24,000 nucleotides of DNA from Sulfurimonas sp. (lineage in GTDB: Bacteria > Campylobacterota > Campylobacteria > Campylobacterales > Sulfurimonadaceae): contig NZ_JALOAA010000019.1 in assembly GCF_023229025.1 (NCBI RefSeq), forward strand, positions 10,736 to 34,735, read 5' to 3'. The notes beneath the pieces were generated by a model. The model did no database searches, was not told where the DNA came from, and saw only the letters and a list, made by a program, of their open reading frames with translations. This document shows, one piece after another, positions 1 through 8,052 of the stretch. How positions within the stretch are numbered: position 1 is the stretch's first letter; every line of letters begins with the position of its first letter. Made by a program: the position numbers and the translations under genes.

Positions 1-451
1 TTTTTCGCAGTGGTGAAGGTTCTAGCACTAGAGGTTTTGGAGTATAGGGAGTAGTAAGTATTACCAAATCTTGTTTTATCACTTTTTTTTCAAGGAAATT
101 GACATTGCTTGGGATTTTAATTACAGCAAGGGCTTCAATTTTATTGTTATGAAGTGCAACTTTTGTGTGAAACTTGAAATTTAACTTGATGAGTTGACCG
201 TGATACTGATTGAGCATAAATGACTCAAAATCTTTTTTTATATCCTCAACATCAAAAAATAAACTGTTATGACAACGGGGACATGAATACTCTTTATGGA
301 TAACATCACCAGCTACAATCTCATCAAAACCACATTTACATGAATAGACCCTCGTAAAATTTGCAGATGCTATCTCATCATCTACGAATAGACTCATATG
401 GTCGTTTTGATTTGTATTCAAAAGCCAAGATGGTGTAATATCTTCTCTCAT
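1..451 (-). CDS. hypothetical protein, partial (C-terminus lies beyond the left window edge), zinc-ribbon-like
   Basis: This ORF is not in the supplied track because it runs off the window. I checked the minus-strand frame from ATG at 451..449 codon by codon and it stays open to position 2 (150 codons): MREDITPSWLLNTNQNDHMSLFVDDEIASANFTRVYSCKCGFDEIVAGDVIHKEYSCPRCHNSLFFDV... The CxC and CxxC pairs suggest a zinc ribbon. I recognise no family. Confidence 0.45.
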   Translation of the reverse strand, partial: MREDITPSWLLNTNQNDHMSLFVDDEIASANFTRVYSCKCGFDEIVAGDVIHKEYSCPRCHNSLFFDVEDIKKDFESFMLNQYHGQLIKLNFKFHTKVALHNNKIEALAVIKIPSNVNFLEKKVIKQDLVILTTPYTPKPLVLEPSPLRK

Positions 452-615
452 AGTTCCATTGCTATATATTTATTTCTTTATCAATATTTTAGCAAAAACT
501 TCTTCATAGTGTTTGGCTTCATCTTACTTTAGAAGTATTGTCTATTGGTATTATTTAATAAATGTTACTCAACCTGTTCTTTTTGGAGCAATTCTTTGAA
601 TGATATATTTAATAA

Positions 616-825
616 CTATCTTTCAATTAATCTGATTACTTCACCAGAACACTTATTACATTTACCAGTAAGAACTAAATCGTTCCTATCTACTGTTGCT
701 ACAAAGTCAACAATTGTTGTAGTACCTTTGCAAGCAGAACAATATACATTTGAGAGTGTTTTTGATTTTATATCATCAGGAATCTGATTAAATTTTTGCA
801 TAGCTTTTTTATTAAATTTAATCAT
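616..825 (-). CDS. small zinc-ribbon protein (69 aa), function unknown
   Basis: The ORF track gives 69 aa. There are two CxxC pairs (C29/C32 CSAC and C56/C59 CNKC). It lies on the same strand as higA, 12 nt downstream, so it is plausibly co-transcribed. Confidence 0.5.
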   Translation of the reverse strand: MIKFNKKAMQKFNQIPDDIKSKTLSNVYCSACKGTTTIVDFVATVDRNDLVLTGKCNKCSGEVIRLIER

Positions 826-837
826 ATTTTCTTTAGC

Positions 838-1137
838 TTAAGAAGCCAGTGGCTTAATATTTTCAAGTTCTTCAGCTTCAGCTTTCTTAGAACGATAAAT
901 ATCCCAGCGTGTTTGAAGGTTTAGCCAAAAGTCTTCACTTACTCCAAAATATTTTGCAAGTCTTAGAGCTGTACTAGGAGTAACCCCACGTTTCATATTA
1001 ACGATTTCATTAATACGTTGGTAAGGAACATGTATCGCATCAGCAAGCATACGTTGTGTTAAGTTCATAGGCTCTAAAAACTCTTCTAAAAGCATTTCAC
1101 CTGGATGTGTTGGTTCTCTATGAGTTGGAATACGCAT
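838..1137 (-). CDS. higA: HigA-family antitoxin (XRE-type HTH)
   Basis: The 99-aa protein carries the characteristic HigA N-terminus HPGEMLLEEFLEPMNLTQRMLADAIHVPYQRINEIVNMKRGVTPSTALRLAKYFGVSEDFWLNLQ. It starts 12 nt downstream of the HigB-like toxin gene, the toxin-first order typical of higBA. Confidence 0.85.
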   Translation of the reverse strand: MRIPTHREPTHPGEMLLEEFLEPMNLTQRMLADAIHVPYQRINEIVNMKRGVTPSTALRLAKYFGVSEDFWLNLQTRWDIYRSKKAEAEELENIKPLAS

Positions 1138-1149
1138 CTTTTCTCCTTC

Positions 1150-1443
1150 TTAATGATAATCTATTATTTCAACTTTGTCTGGACCACCTTTAGTCCATAT
1201 AAAACAGATTCGATATTGTTGGTTAATACGAATACTGTATTGATCATTCCTGTCACCAATTAGTTTCTCTAAGTGGTTTCCAGGAGGAACTTTTAGTTCA
1301 TCTAATATTACTACAGAGTCAAGTTGATCAAGTTTTCTTGCAGCTATCTTCCATAGTTTATTTGGCAACCGTTTCATTGCCTGCTTACTGGTAATACCGT
1401 TAAAAATATCTTCTGTTACTACATCTTTAAAAGAAACAATCAT
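1150..1443 (-). CDS. higB: HigB-family toxin (plasmid maintenance system killer, RelE/ParE superfamily)
   Basis: The 97-aa protein contains the blocks PPGNHLEKLIGDRNDQYSIRINQQYRICF and VEIIDYH, which are hallmarks of HigB killer proteins. It is paired with higA. Confidence 0.85.
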   Translation of the reverse strand: MIVSFKDVVTEDIFNGITSKQAMKRLPNKLWKIAARKLDQLDSVVILDELKVPPGNHLEKLIGDRNDQYSIRINQQYRICFIWTKGGPDKVEIIDYH

Positions 1444-1510
1444 ATGACATTATATCATAATATCACGGATGTCATGCTAAATACATCTAAAATTATAAAA
1501 AGGATTTACT
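1444..1510. promoter_or_regulatory. divergent control region between higB and the recombinase gene, with a 7-bp inverted repeat (candidate HigA operator or recombinase site)
   Basis: This 67-bp AT-rich spacer separates divergent start codons. ATGACAT at 1444..1450 and ATGTCAT at 1469..1475 form an inverted repeat flanking TATATCATAATATCA. A Shine-Dalgarno-like AAAAGGA precedes the recombinase ATG. Confidence 0.35.
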
Positions 1511-2074
1511 ATGAACGTAGGATATGCAAGAGTTTCAACTTCAAGTCAAAGTCTTGAAAATCAGATAGAACAGCTTAAAGCTGCTGGGTGTGAAAAGATC
1601 TTCTCTGAAAAAAGATCAGGTAAAAATGCATCTGATCGTGAACAATTCAAAATAATGAAGAATTTTGTACGTGAAGGTGATGTACTATTTGTCACAAAAC
1701 TTGATCGTTTAGCTCGTTCTGTAATAGATTTACACGAGTTTGCAAAGTATTTGGAAAATAAAGATGTAAACCTTAAAGTTCTAAATCAAAATATAGATAC
1801 TACATCTCCAGCAGGAAGACTATTATTTACAATGCTAGGCGCTATTGCAGAGTTTGAACGAGATCTAATAAATGAACGCGTCAGAGAAGGTATTGCAGCC
1901 GCTAAACTCAAAGGAGTTAAATTTGGTAGAAAAGCGATACTTTCGTACAAAGAAAAAAAAGTCATATACAAACAACATGAGAAAGGAAAGTCAGTTATTT
2001 GGTTGTCAAACTTTTTCCATGTAGCTCGTAACACAATCTACAGAGCTATTAAAGATGTAGCTCAAAAAAAGTAG
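1511..2074 (+). CDS. small serine recombinase (resolvase/invertase family)
   Basis: The 187-aa protein has the N-terminal catalytic motif GYARVSTSSQ (Ser9), the conserved blocks VTKLDRLARS and AEFERDLINERVREG, and a C-terminal HTH (VARNTIYRAIK). Confidence 0.9.
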   Translation: MNVGYARVSTSSQSLENQIEQLKAAGCEKIFSEKRSGKNASDREQFKIMKNFVREGDVLFVTKLDRLARSVIDLHEFAKYLENKDVNLKVLNQNIDTTSPAGRLLFTMLGAIAEFERDLINERVREGIAAAKLKGVKFGRKAILSYKEKKVIYKQHEKGKSVIWLSNFFHVARNTIYRAIKDVAQKK

Positions 2075-2092
2075 CCTAAAAAGGCTACTTTT
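2064..2092 (+). terminator. rho-independent terminator after the recombinase gene (A-tract upstream makes it potentially bidirectional)
   Basis: The sequence is AAAAAAA-GTAGCC-taaaaa-GGCTAC-TTTT. The 6-bp G/C-containing stem (2071..2076 and 2083..2088) overlaps the TAG stop and is followed by a T-run. Confidence 0.6.
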
Positions 2093-2276
2093 GAACTGTT
2101 TAAAAATTCAAGTCTCTATGGAACAAGATTTTTGTTATAAAAAATTGCTCCAAAAATAAGAGGTTAAGGAATAGATTGAGTAGAGTTTTATGTCCTATTT
2201 TTTGTTGACAGATCAGTGGATCAGAACCGAAACCTAACCCAGTGTTTTGATTCCGTTTAAAGCTTTCGTTAGGCAA

Positions 2277-3746
2277 TTAATGAGGTGCAATCCAAGCACT
2301 CAAGGAACGTACTTCAGCTTTTATTCCACGGGCAAAACTAGCCTGTTTATATTGAGACCCCTGATATAATATATATTCATGATCAATTTCCAATTTTTTA
2401 TACAGTTTATTACTAGAAGCACAGGAAAATAAAAGCGCAACTTTTAGGATCTTTTCTTCTTTTCTAGCATGTACTGTTATATATTCGCCATCTTTTATAG
2501 GATCAGATATATAATCACAATCCCATCCATTTTCTCTTAACCGAGGAATAACTTCTTTGTCCATCTTTTCTGACAAGATCGAAGCTCTTATCAGCCATCC
2601 GTCACCAGAACTAGTAGGGTTAAATGGTAAGCCTTTCTCGCTCTTTTGCATCGTTAGGAGTTGTTGCTTTATTAGTTGATAGTTCATGCATGCAAAAACT
2701 TCTTGCCTAAGGGCTTCCGAGTTTTCATCATGCGCAGGACCAAATAAACTCACTTTGCTTTCCTCAACTGCAAAACACTCAACGAAAGCCATCGCTTGTA
2801 TAACGCCTAGAGCTCGAAAGAAATTAGTCTCGTTTTGCCATAGATCTGATTTTGCATGCGCAAAAATATGACGATTAAAACCAGAATGGTTGTCATATTC
2901 AGCCGTTGAACTATAGAAGCTTGTAAGTAACCAGTTTCTAATAGTCTCAAGAATAAAGACCCTTTCATTAGTAACCTTCAACACACTTGGTTCTAAATAT
3001 TCTTTTGGAGTCCATTGCGCATGATTAAAATGAATATTAATTACATTGTCTCTAGCTTTATCTACGCACTTGTTAACTTTATCAATGATTGTTAACTGAC
3101 CCGTATTTTCTCCGATTATGTTAGAGATAATATTTTCGACAATAGGTATTAAACCAGCTACAGCAACAATTTTCATACCACTATAAAAAGAAAGAATTGA
3201 CTCTCTAATTAAGGGAACGTGTTTAGAAACAGTCTTCGATTTTCTTAGCGTATCTTCCGTGATAGGTATTATATTACTGAAGTTGTATATTGAACTTAAA
3301 GCGCTATCAAAGCGTTTTTGAAGGATTTTCTTAGGATAATTTGAATGATTCAGAATTTCTATACCGCAGACTTTTATCGGCTCAAAGATTTGATTTCGAC
3401 TAATAAACGCAGGAAGGAACCAATCTACAGAGTGCCAAAAATTTTCTAAATTCTCGGTAGGCTCAATGTTTTTTTGATATAAGTCCAAATTTTCTAATTT
3501 TTCTCTTGGGTATAATGCAGTTCCTAAGTCGGTTTTGAGCAATACACCTTTCTGCCTCGGCATAAAACCAAACTCAACGTCCTCGACACTCTCCACTATC
3601 AACCCTTTACTAATAGCCAGCGCCTTAACTTCAGAAAGTTGAACTGTATCCCACTTATTTTGATTAGAATATATGTGCCAGATTGCAGTGATGTTTTTAT
3701 CAGCCTTACAACTTACCAATGTACTCTCCTTTTCTTGCCTAACCAA
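2277..3746 (-). CDS. hypothetical 489-aa protein with a HEPN-like R-x4-H motif
   Basis: This is a long open frame from the ORF track. The track start at 3746 is TTG with no RBS. An internal TTG at 3719 is preceded by AAGGAG with a 6-nt spacer and is the more likely start (480 aa). The motif NRHIFAH (R292..H297, nt 2856..2873) matches the R[NHQ]xxAH form of HEPN RNase active sites. I recognise no other family signature. Confidence 0.6.
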   Translation of the reverse strand: MVRQEKESTLVSCKADKNITAIWHIYSNQNKWDTVQLSEVKALAISKGLIVESVEDVEFGFMPRQKGVLLKTDLGTALYPREKLENLDLYQKNIEPTENLENFWHSVDWFLPAFISRNQIFEPIKVCGIEILNHSNYPKKILQKRFDSALSSIYNFSNIIPITEDTLRKSKTVSKHVPLIRESILSFYSGMKIVAVAGLIPIVENIISNIIGENTGQLTIIDKVNKCVDKARDNVINIHFNHAQWTPKEYLEPSVLKVTNERVFILETIRNWLLTSFYSSTAEYDNHSGFNRHIFAHAKSDLWQNETNFFRALGVIQAMAFVECFAVEESKVSLFGPAHDENSEALRQEVFACMNYQLIKQQLLTMQKSEKGLPFNPTSSGDGWLIRASILSEKMDKEVIPRLRENGWDCDYISDPIKDGEYITVHARKEEKILKVALLFSCASSNKLYKKLEIDHEYILYQGSQYKQASFARGIKAEVRSLSAWIAPH

Positions 3747-3871
3747 TTATTAAACATATCTTATATGCAAAATAGCTTGAAAATGAATAAATAACTTAAA
3801 TAAAAAAAGTTGTTTATTTGAAAGTGAAATGTGGCAAAAAATTGCTACAAAGAACATTAAGATATCATATT

Positions 3872-5701
3872 TTATTGTATTACTAATCCTTCAATAACAG
3901 CTTTATTTTGCCTTGTTTCAATAATTGTTTTATTGTTTAGTGTATAAACAGATCTTATTGGATCTTTTGATTTTATTGTTCCTATATGAATTCCTTCTTG
4001 GGTATACCATTGTAAAATTTTATCACTTAATAATCCAAATCCAGATTTTGTAACGATTAACTTACCTTGTTGAAATATATCTATAAACCCAACCAGTTTT
4101 TCCTTATCTTTAATTATGTATAATCTTGTACTATTTGATATATATAGATATTGTCCCGATTCAATAATCTGGTTAGGAACTGTACCAATATCAAAAACTT
4201 TCAATGGGTTACCCAAGCTATCTAATTCAATTATTTTTCCTGAGTATGTGCCGATAAAAATATTTTTAGATTCGGATGAAAAACAAGCTTCGTATATCCA
4301 GTCTTGTGCAAACCCTAAATTTGAATTTATTTGGTAGGAAACATCTTTTACTGTAAATTCAAAATCAGGTTTTGTTTTTTTATAGAAGACTTCATCAGAT
4401 TGGTCTTCTTCAATAGCTAATGTTTCTGGATTGATTCCAGTTAGCGTTTCAAATGCTCCGTTAATTTTTTGCATCATCTCATTAGCATTACTATTTTTAT
4501 TGACATCTGGATGATACTTTTGTGCATTAATTCTATATTGCTTCTTTATTTCTTTAGGCGATACAGGTAATTCTAACCCCAAGCACTTTAGTGCATTGGA
4601 AATATTTGAATCGATTTTACCAGTATCCCTTTTGCTTACAAATCGTTCCCAGCCTTCATTTAAAGGAGTTCTTACTCCCCAATAAGATGAATCTGAAAAA
4701 GTAGAACACCAAATCTCATCTGCAATTGTGAATAAAATTTTATTAGAAGTCATATTAACATCAATTGCTCGTATTTGGCTTTTAAAACCACCCCAGTAAT
4801 TACCCACATTTTCTTTTAAGTGCTGCGATATCCTCATATCACTTTGAAGGTCTTTTTTTAAAGATAAATTAATGTTCTTATCATAGATGTATAAAACACC
4901 CTCATCATCCATTATTGCGATATTTGATGATTTTGGATTATTGTTTTGTCTATATATATTATGACTAATTGGTTTCTTTGCTACAATATTTCCTTCAAGG
5001 TCATATTTCATTATTGCAGACTGATATGGATTTTTAATTATATCACTTTTTCCATTCTTATCTATATAGATGATTCCATCAGCAATAAAGTTTACCAATT
5101 TGAATGAAGGGTCAGGCTTTTCATTTTTTTTCATTTTTATTATACTTGAAATTCTCCACTTCTGATTATTCTCTATTTCGAATAATTTAACTTCTTCTTC
5201 TTTGATTTCAATGGTATTATATGGATGTTTAATATTATTTTTTTCTAAATCATTTATGATGTTGTTATGTCTTCTTTTATCTGTATTATTGCAGTGAAAT
5301 TCAATTCTACTCAGCATTTCAGAAGACCATTTTCCAGCAGCTTTAAATTGATTTGCTTTACGCTTATTGATAATAATTTGTCTATATGCCTTTAATACTT
5401 CTTCCCCAATATTTAGTTTTAATTGCTCTTCTGATAGGAGAAGTGATTTTTTTATAACGTTAGTATATTTTTTTTGGTAACTTTCATTATAGACTTCTCG
5501 TATTTCTGGTATGTTGTATTCTTGGTGAAATTCATTTCGACCATCAATATCCCAAGATTTTGGAGATGGGGGCAAAGGTATATATTTAATATTATTTAAA
5601 TTGATCTCTTTTGGAGTACAACTTTTTCGTTTTTTCTCAGAGTGCTCTTCTTTTGGTAAATTGTTCTTATTTTTTTGAAATATTTTTTTAAAAAAATCCA
5701 T
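3872..5701 (-). CDS. J-domain (DnaJ-like) protein with the J domain embedded between beta-rich repeat regions
   Basis: The protein is 609 aa. Residues ~368-420 (nt ~4442..4600) read LKCLGLELPVSPKEIKKQYRINAQKYHPDVNKNSNANEMMQKINGAFETL, with the invariant HPD at aa 397-399 (nt 4505..4513). No G/F region, zinc-finger or DnaJ C-terminal domain is recognisable. Confidence 0.8.
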   Translation of the reverse strand: MDFFKKIFQKNKNNLPKEEHSEKKRKSCTPKEINLNNIKYIPLPPSPKSWDIDGRNEFHQEYNIPEIREVYNESYQKKYTNVIKKSLLLSEEQLKLNIGEEVLKAYRQIIINKRKANQFKAAGKWSSEMLSRIEFHCNNTDKRRHNNIINDLEKNNIKHPYNTIEIKEEEVKLFEIENNQKWRISSIIKMKKNEKPDPSFKLVNFIADGIIYIDKNGKSDIIKNPYQSAIMKYDLEGNIVAKKPISHNIYRQNNNPKSSNIAIMDDEGVLYIYDKNINLSLKKDLQSDMRISQHLKENVGNYWGGFKSQIRAIDVNMTSNKILFTIADEIWCSTFSDSSYWGVRTPLNEGWERFVSKRDTGKIDSNISNALKCLGLELPVSPKEIKKQYRINAQKYHPDVNKNSNANEMMQKINGAFETLTGINPETLAIEEDQSDEVFYKKTKPDFEFTVKDVSYQINSNLGFAQDWIYEACFSSESKNIFIGTYSGKIIELDSLGNPLKVFDIGTVPNQIIESGQYLYISNSTRLYIIKDKEKLVGFIDIFQQGKLIVTKSGFGLLSDKILQWYTQEGIHIGTIKSKDPIRSVYTLNNKTIIETRQNKAVIEGLVIQ

Positions 5702-6385
5702 TCCTTAACCTTATGTACAAATGACTATTTATTCTACAAATATTATATATCTATTAGCTTTATATTATATAAACATGAAAAATCTTGATTTATCTGACAG
5801 TTTGACAAAGTATGTACTACTGTCAGATTTGTGAATAAGTACAATATTCCAAAATCTGTAGGTTTTGGAACTTTCTTAAAAGTATAGATGCCACTGCTAA
5901 GCTATGATATAACTTTAATGACTATCAGTTACTGACACAAAACTCTGAACAATCTCGCGAAGCCTTCGCACTTTTATTGTCTAGTTTTTTGGTAGCAGTA
6001 TTATTCTGTTTTTTATCTATTGATAGATTGTTGAATTAATACTAAATATTGAAAAGCTATTTTTAAAAAGTTGGTATTCCAATATTTTATTGGTAGTTTA
6101 ATATTAGTAATTTAATATTTTTCCATTATTTAAGTATATGTCCTCGGCTCAAATAATGGATACTACAAAGTTTATATTTGAAAACGCAATCCTTGAAAAA
6201 GAAAAGCACCCTGATGATAGGATTGATGAGTGAAAAATAGTGTATTACAAACTTTGCCAGTAGTGTTGTAGTGTTCAATATTCTGTGTCAGCATCGGATA
6301 ATTCCTAAAATTGTATCATAAACCTAAAGCCTTATCAAGTCGTCCCTCGAAGTGGATGGCTAGTTGAGAGATTGTCAAGTTCGTT

Positions 6386-7672
6386 TTAAAGCTGAGATTC
6401 TTCCTGTTTTTTCTTCGCTATTTTTTCATTATTCGTTGTTGTCGTAAATTCCGACATAAGTTTTTTATCAATGTATTGTAATGTCGTTTGAAATCCAATA
6501 TGCAGAGCTTTGAGTTCGATAATTGTATTGCCCTCTACAAATTTTGCGTATTTGTCTCCAACGAAAGGAATGTTTTTATCCACTAATGTATATTTGTGGG
6601 ACAAAGATGAATACAAATCATCAAATTTTTCTTTTGGAAGTGTAAGAAGTACCCCTTGAAGCTTTTCGCTTTGTGAGAAAATCAGTTTCGCTTCTTTGAG
6701 CCCATCAAAATGAAGCTGATCAACCTTTATAAAGATCATCTTTCCATTACTATATTTGTTAATCCCTGCATCTTCATATAAAGGGTATTTTTTTATGCTT
6801 TCCGAATAAGTAGCTTCGTCTATTTTCAGTCCAAATGGCGCTGGATTTACAGAAACTGTAGACATATTTTTTAAATTGTTTTGTGCAACAACACTCCCTT
6901 GAGCAATAGCTTTTTTGTACCAAAATTGTGCATTCTTTATATCACCTGTTTCTTCATAAAGTATCCCCAATGCAACTTCTGCATCAACAAAACCTTGCTC
7001 TGCTGCTCTTTTCCAATAATCCAATGACTTTCTATGGTCTTGTTTGATGCCAGCAGTGCCATTATAATACAGTAAGCCTATATTATACATTGAAATTACC
7101 GAGCCTTGTTCAGCAGCCTTTTGATACCATTTTAAAGCACTTTTCCTATCGACTGGTACACCTTTTCCTTTCTCATAAAATATTCCCATCGAATTTGACG
7201 CATTCGCATTACCATCTTTAGATCCACTTTTATAATATTTGATTGCTTTATTGTAATCTTGTTTAACTCCCTGACCGTATTCATATTGATATCCAACACT
7301 AAACGCTGATTCCCCATCGTTTTGTTTAGCTGCTCTTTTCCAATAATCCAATGACTTTCTATAATCTTGTGTTACTCCAACACCCTTGTAGTACATCAAT
7401 CCTAGATAATATAATGCATCGACATTGTTTTTTTCTGCTGCTTTTTCCCAATATTTTTTGGCATTAAGCACATCCTTCTTAACGCCCAATCCATTCACAT
7501 AAATGTGACCTAACTCTGTTTGTGCTTGGGCATCACCTTTGTCAGACAACTCATTGAATATTGACATAGCTTTTTTATACTCTTTATTCTTTAGCGCTTG
7601 CATAGCAGTGTTGTAATCATTTGCAAGCAAACCTATTGATAATAAGATACTTAAAATTAATACTTTGAACAT
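6386..7672 (-). CDS. secreted Sel1-like repeat (SLR) protein with a non-repeat C-terminal domain
   Basis: The protein is 428 aa. It has an N-terminal signal peptide MFKVLILSILLSIGLLA. It contains about 7 Sel1 repeats of the form A..LG..Y..G.GV.QD...A..WY.KAA.QG (for example RKSLDYWKRAAKQ and RKSLDYWKRAAEQ). The last ~150 aa are unrelated to the SLR repeats. Confidence 0.85.
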   Translation of the reverse strand: MFKVLILSILLSIGLLANDYNTAMQALKNKEYKKAMSIFNELSDKGDAQAQTELGHIYVNGLGVKKDVLNAKKYWEKAAEKNNVDALYYLGLMYYKGVGVTQDYRKSLDYWKRAAKQNDGESAFSVGYQYEYGQGVKQDYNKAIKYYKSGSKDGNANASNSMGIFYEKGKGVPVDRKSALKWYQKAAEQGSVISMYNIGLLYYNGTAGIKQDHRKSLDYWKRAAEQGFVDAEVALGILYEETGDIKNAQFWYKKAIAQGSVVAQNNLKNMSTVSVNPAPFGLKIDEATYSESIKKYPLYEDAGINKYSNGKMIFIKVDQLHFDGLKEAKLIFSQSEKLQGVLLTLPKEKFDDLYSSLSHKYTLVDKNIPFVGDKYAKFVEGNTIIELKALHIGFQTTLQYIDKKLMSEFTTTTNNEKIAKKKQEESQL

Positions 7673-7695
7673 TTAAACCCTCCACTTATATATAG

Positions 7696-7938
7696 CTATT
7701 TTTTTAAAATTAATTTGAATGCAGGATTGAGGGAGTGGCTAATCGAAATTAACTCCGTCTTAATAGCTTCCGCAGTAAGTTCAGCTTGCTCACGCATTTC
7801 TGCTTTTTTAGCATTAATCTCTTCAAGCTCTTCTTCTGTATAAGGGATAATGCCTCTTCTCTTTAGCTCACGCTCTTCTCTCTCAATCTTTTTTCTTTTT
7901 TCTTCAATCCACAATTTATCTTCTTCTGAAAGTGCCAT
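7696..7938 (-). CDS. hypothetical 80-aa charged coiled-coil protein
   Basis: The ORF comes from the track. It is a highly charged helical sequence (EEKRKKIEREERELKRRG...). It ends 23 nt upstream of the Sel1 gene on the same strand and is probably co-transcribed. Confidence 0.5.
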   Translation of the reverse strand: MALSEEDKLWIEEKRKKIEREERELKRRGIIPYTEEELEEINAKKAEMREQAELTAEAIKTELISISHSLNPAFKLILKK

Positions 7939-7982
7939 TTTGAACCCTTTGTTTTATTTTTATACAAAGCAATAGTCTGATT

Positions 7983-7998
7983 ATGTTCTATAGAACAT
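7983..7998. promoter_or_regulatory. 16-bp perfect palindrome, candidate operator in a divergent promoter region
   Basis: ATGTTCTATAGAACAT equals its own reverse complement. It lies between the divergent starts of the 80-aa/Sel1 operon (7938) and the XRE gene (8053). Confidence 0.5.
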
Positions 7999-8052
7999 TT
8001 CAAAACAATTCTAACAACTATAAACTTATACATACTTTACCTATAGGACATT

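Noticed and set aside
545-787. An 80-aa + strand ORF overlapping the 69-aa zinc-ribbon ORF.
   Set aside because: It is a low-complexity Ser/Leu/Phe-rich translation antisense to a better candidate that has paired CxxC motifs and operon context. There is no RBS and no recognisable motif.
2221-2262. A CRISPR-repeat-like word (…CAGAACCGAAAC…) and a GATCAG tandem in the recombinase/489-aa intergenic region.
   Set aside because: It occurs only once. There are no repeat-spacer periodicity and no cas genes, so this is not a CRISPR array.
1786-4337. Antisense ORFs from the track inside the recombinase, the 489-aa gene and the J-domain gene (1786..2034, 2686..2871, 4116..4337).
   Set aside because: Each lies fully within a longer gene on the opposite strand that has clear motifs or length support. 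Their translations are low-complexity shadows typical of AT-rich DNA.
3872-5701. Several A/T homopolymer runs of 7-8 nt inside the J-domain gene (for example 5124..5131, 5468..5475, 5690..5696), considered as possible slipped-strand phase-variation tracts.
   Set aside because: Runs of this length are expected by chance in Lys/Phe-rich coding sequence of such AT-rich DNA. The frame is intact, and no poly-G/C tract is present.
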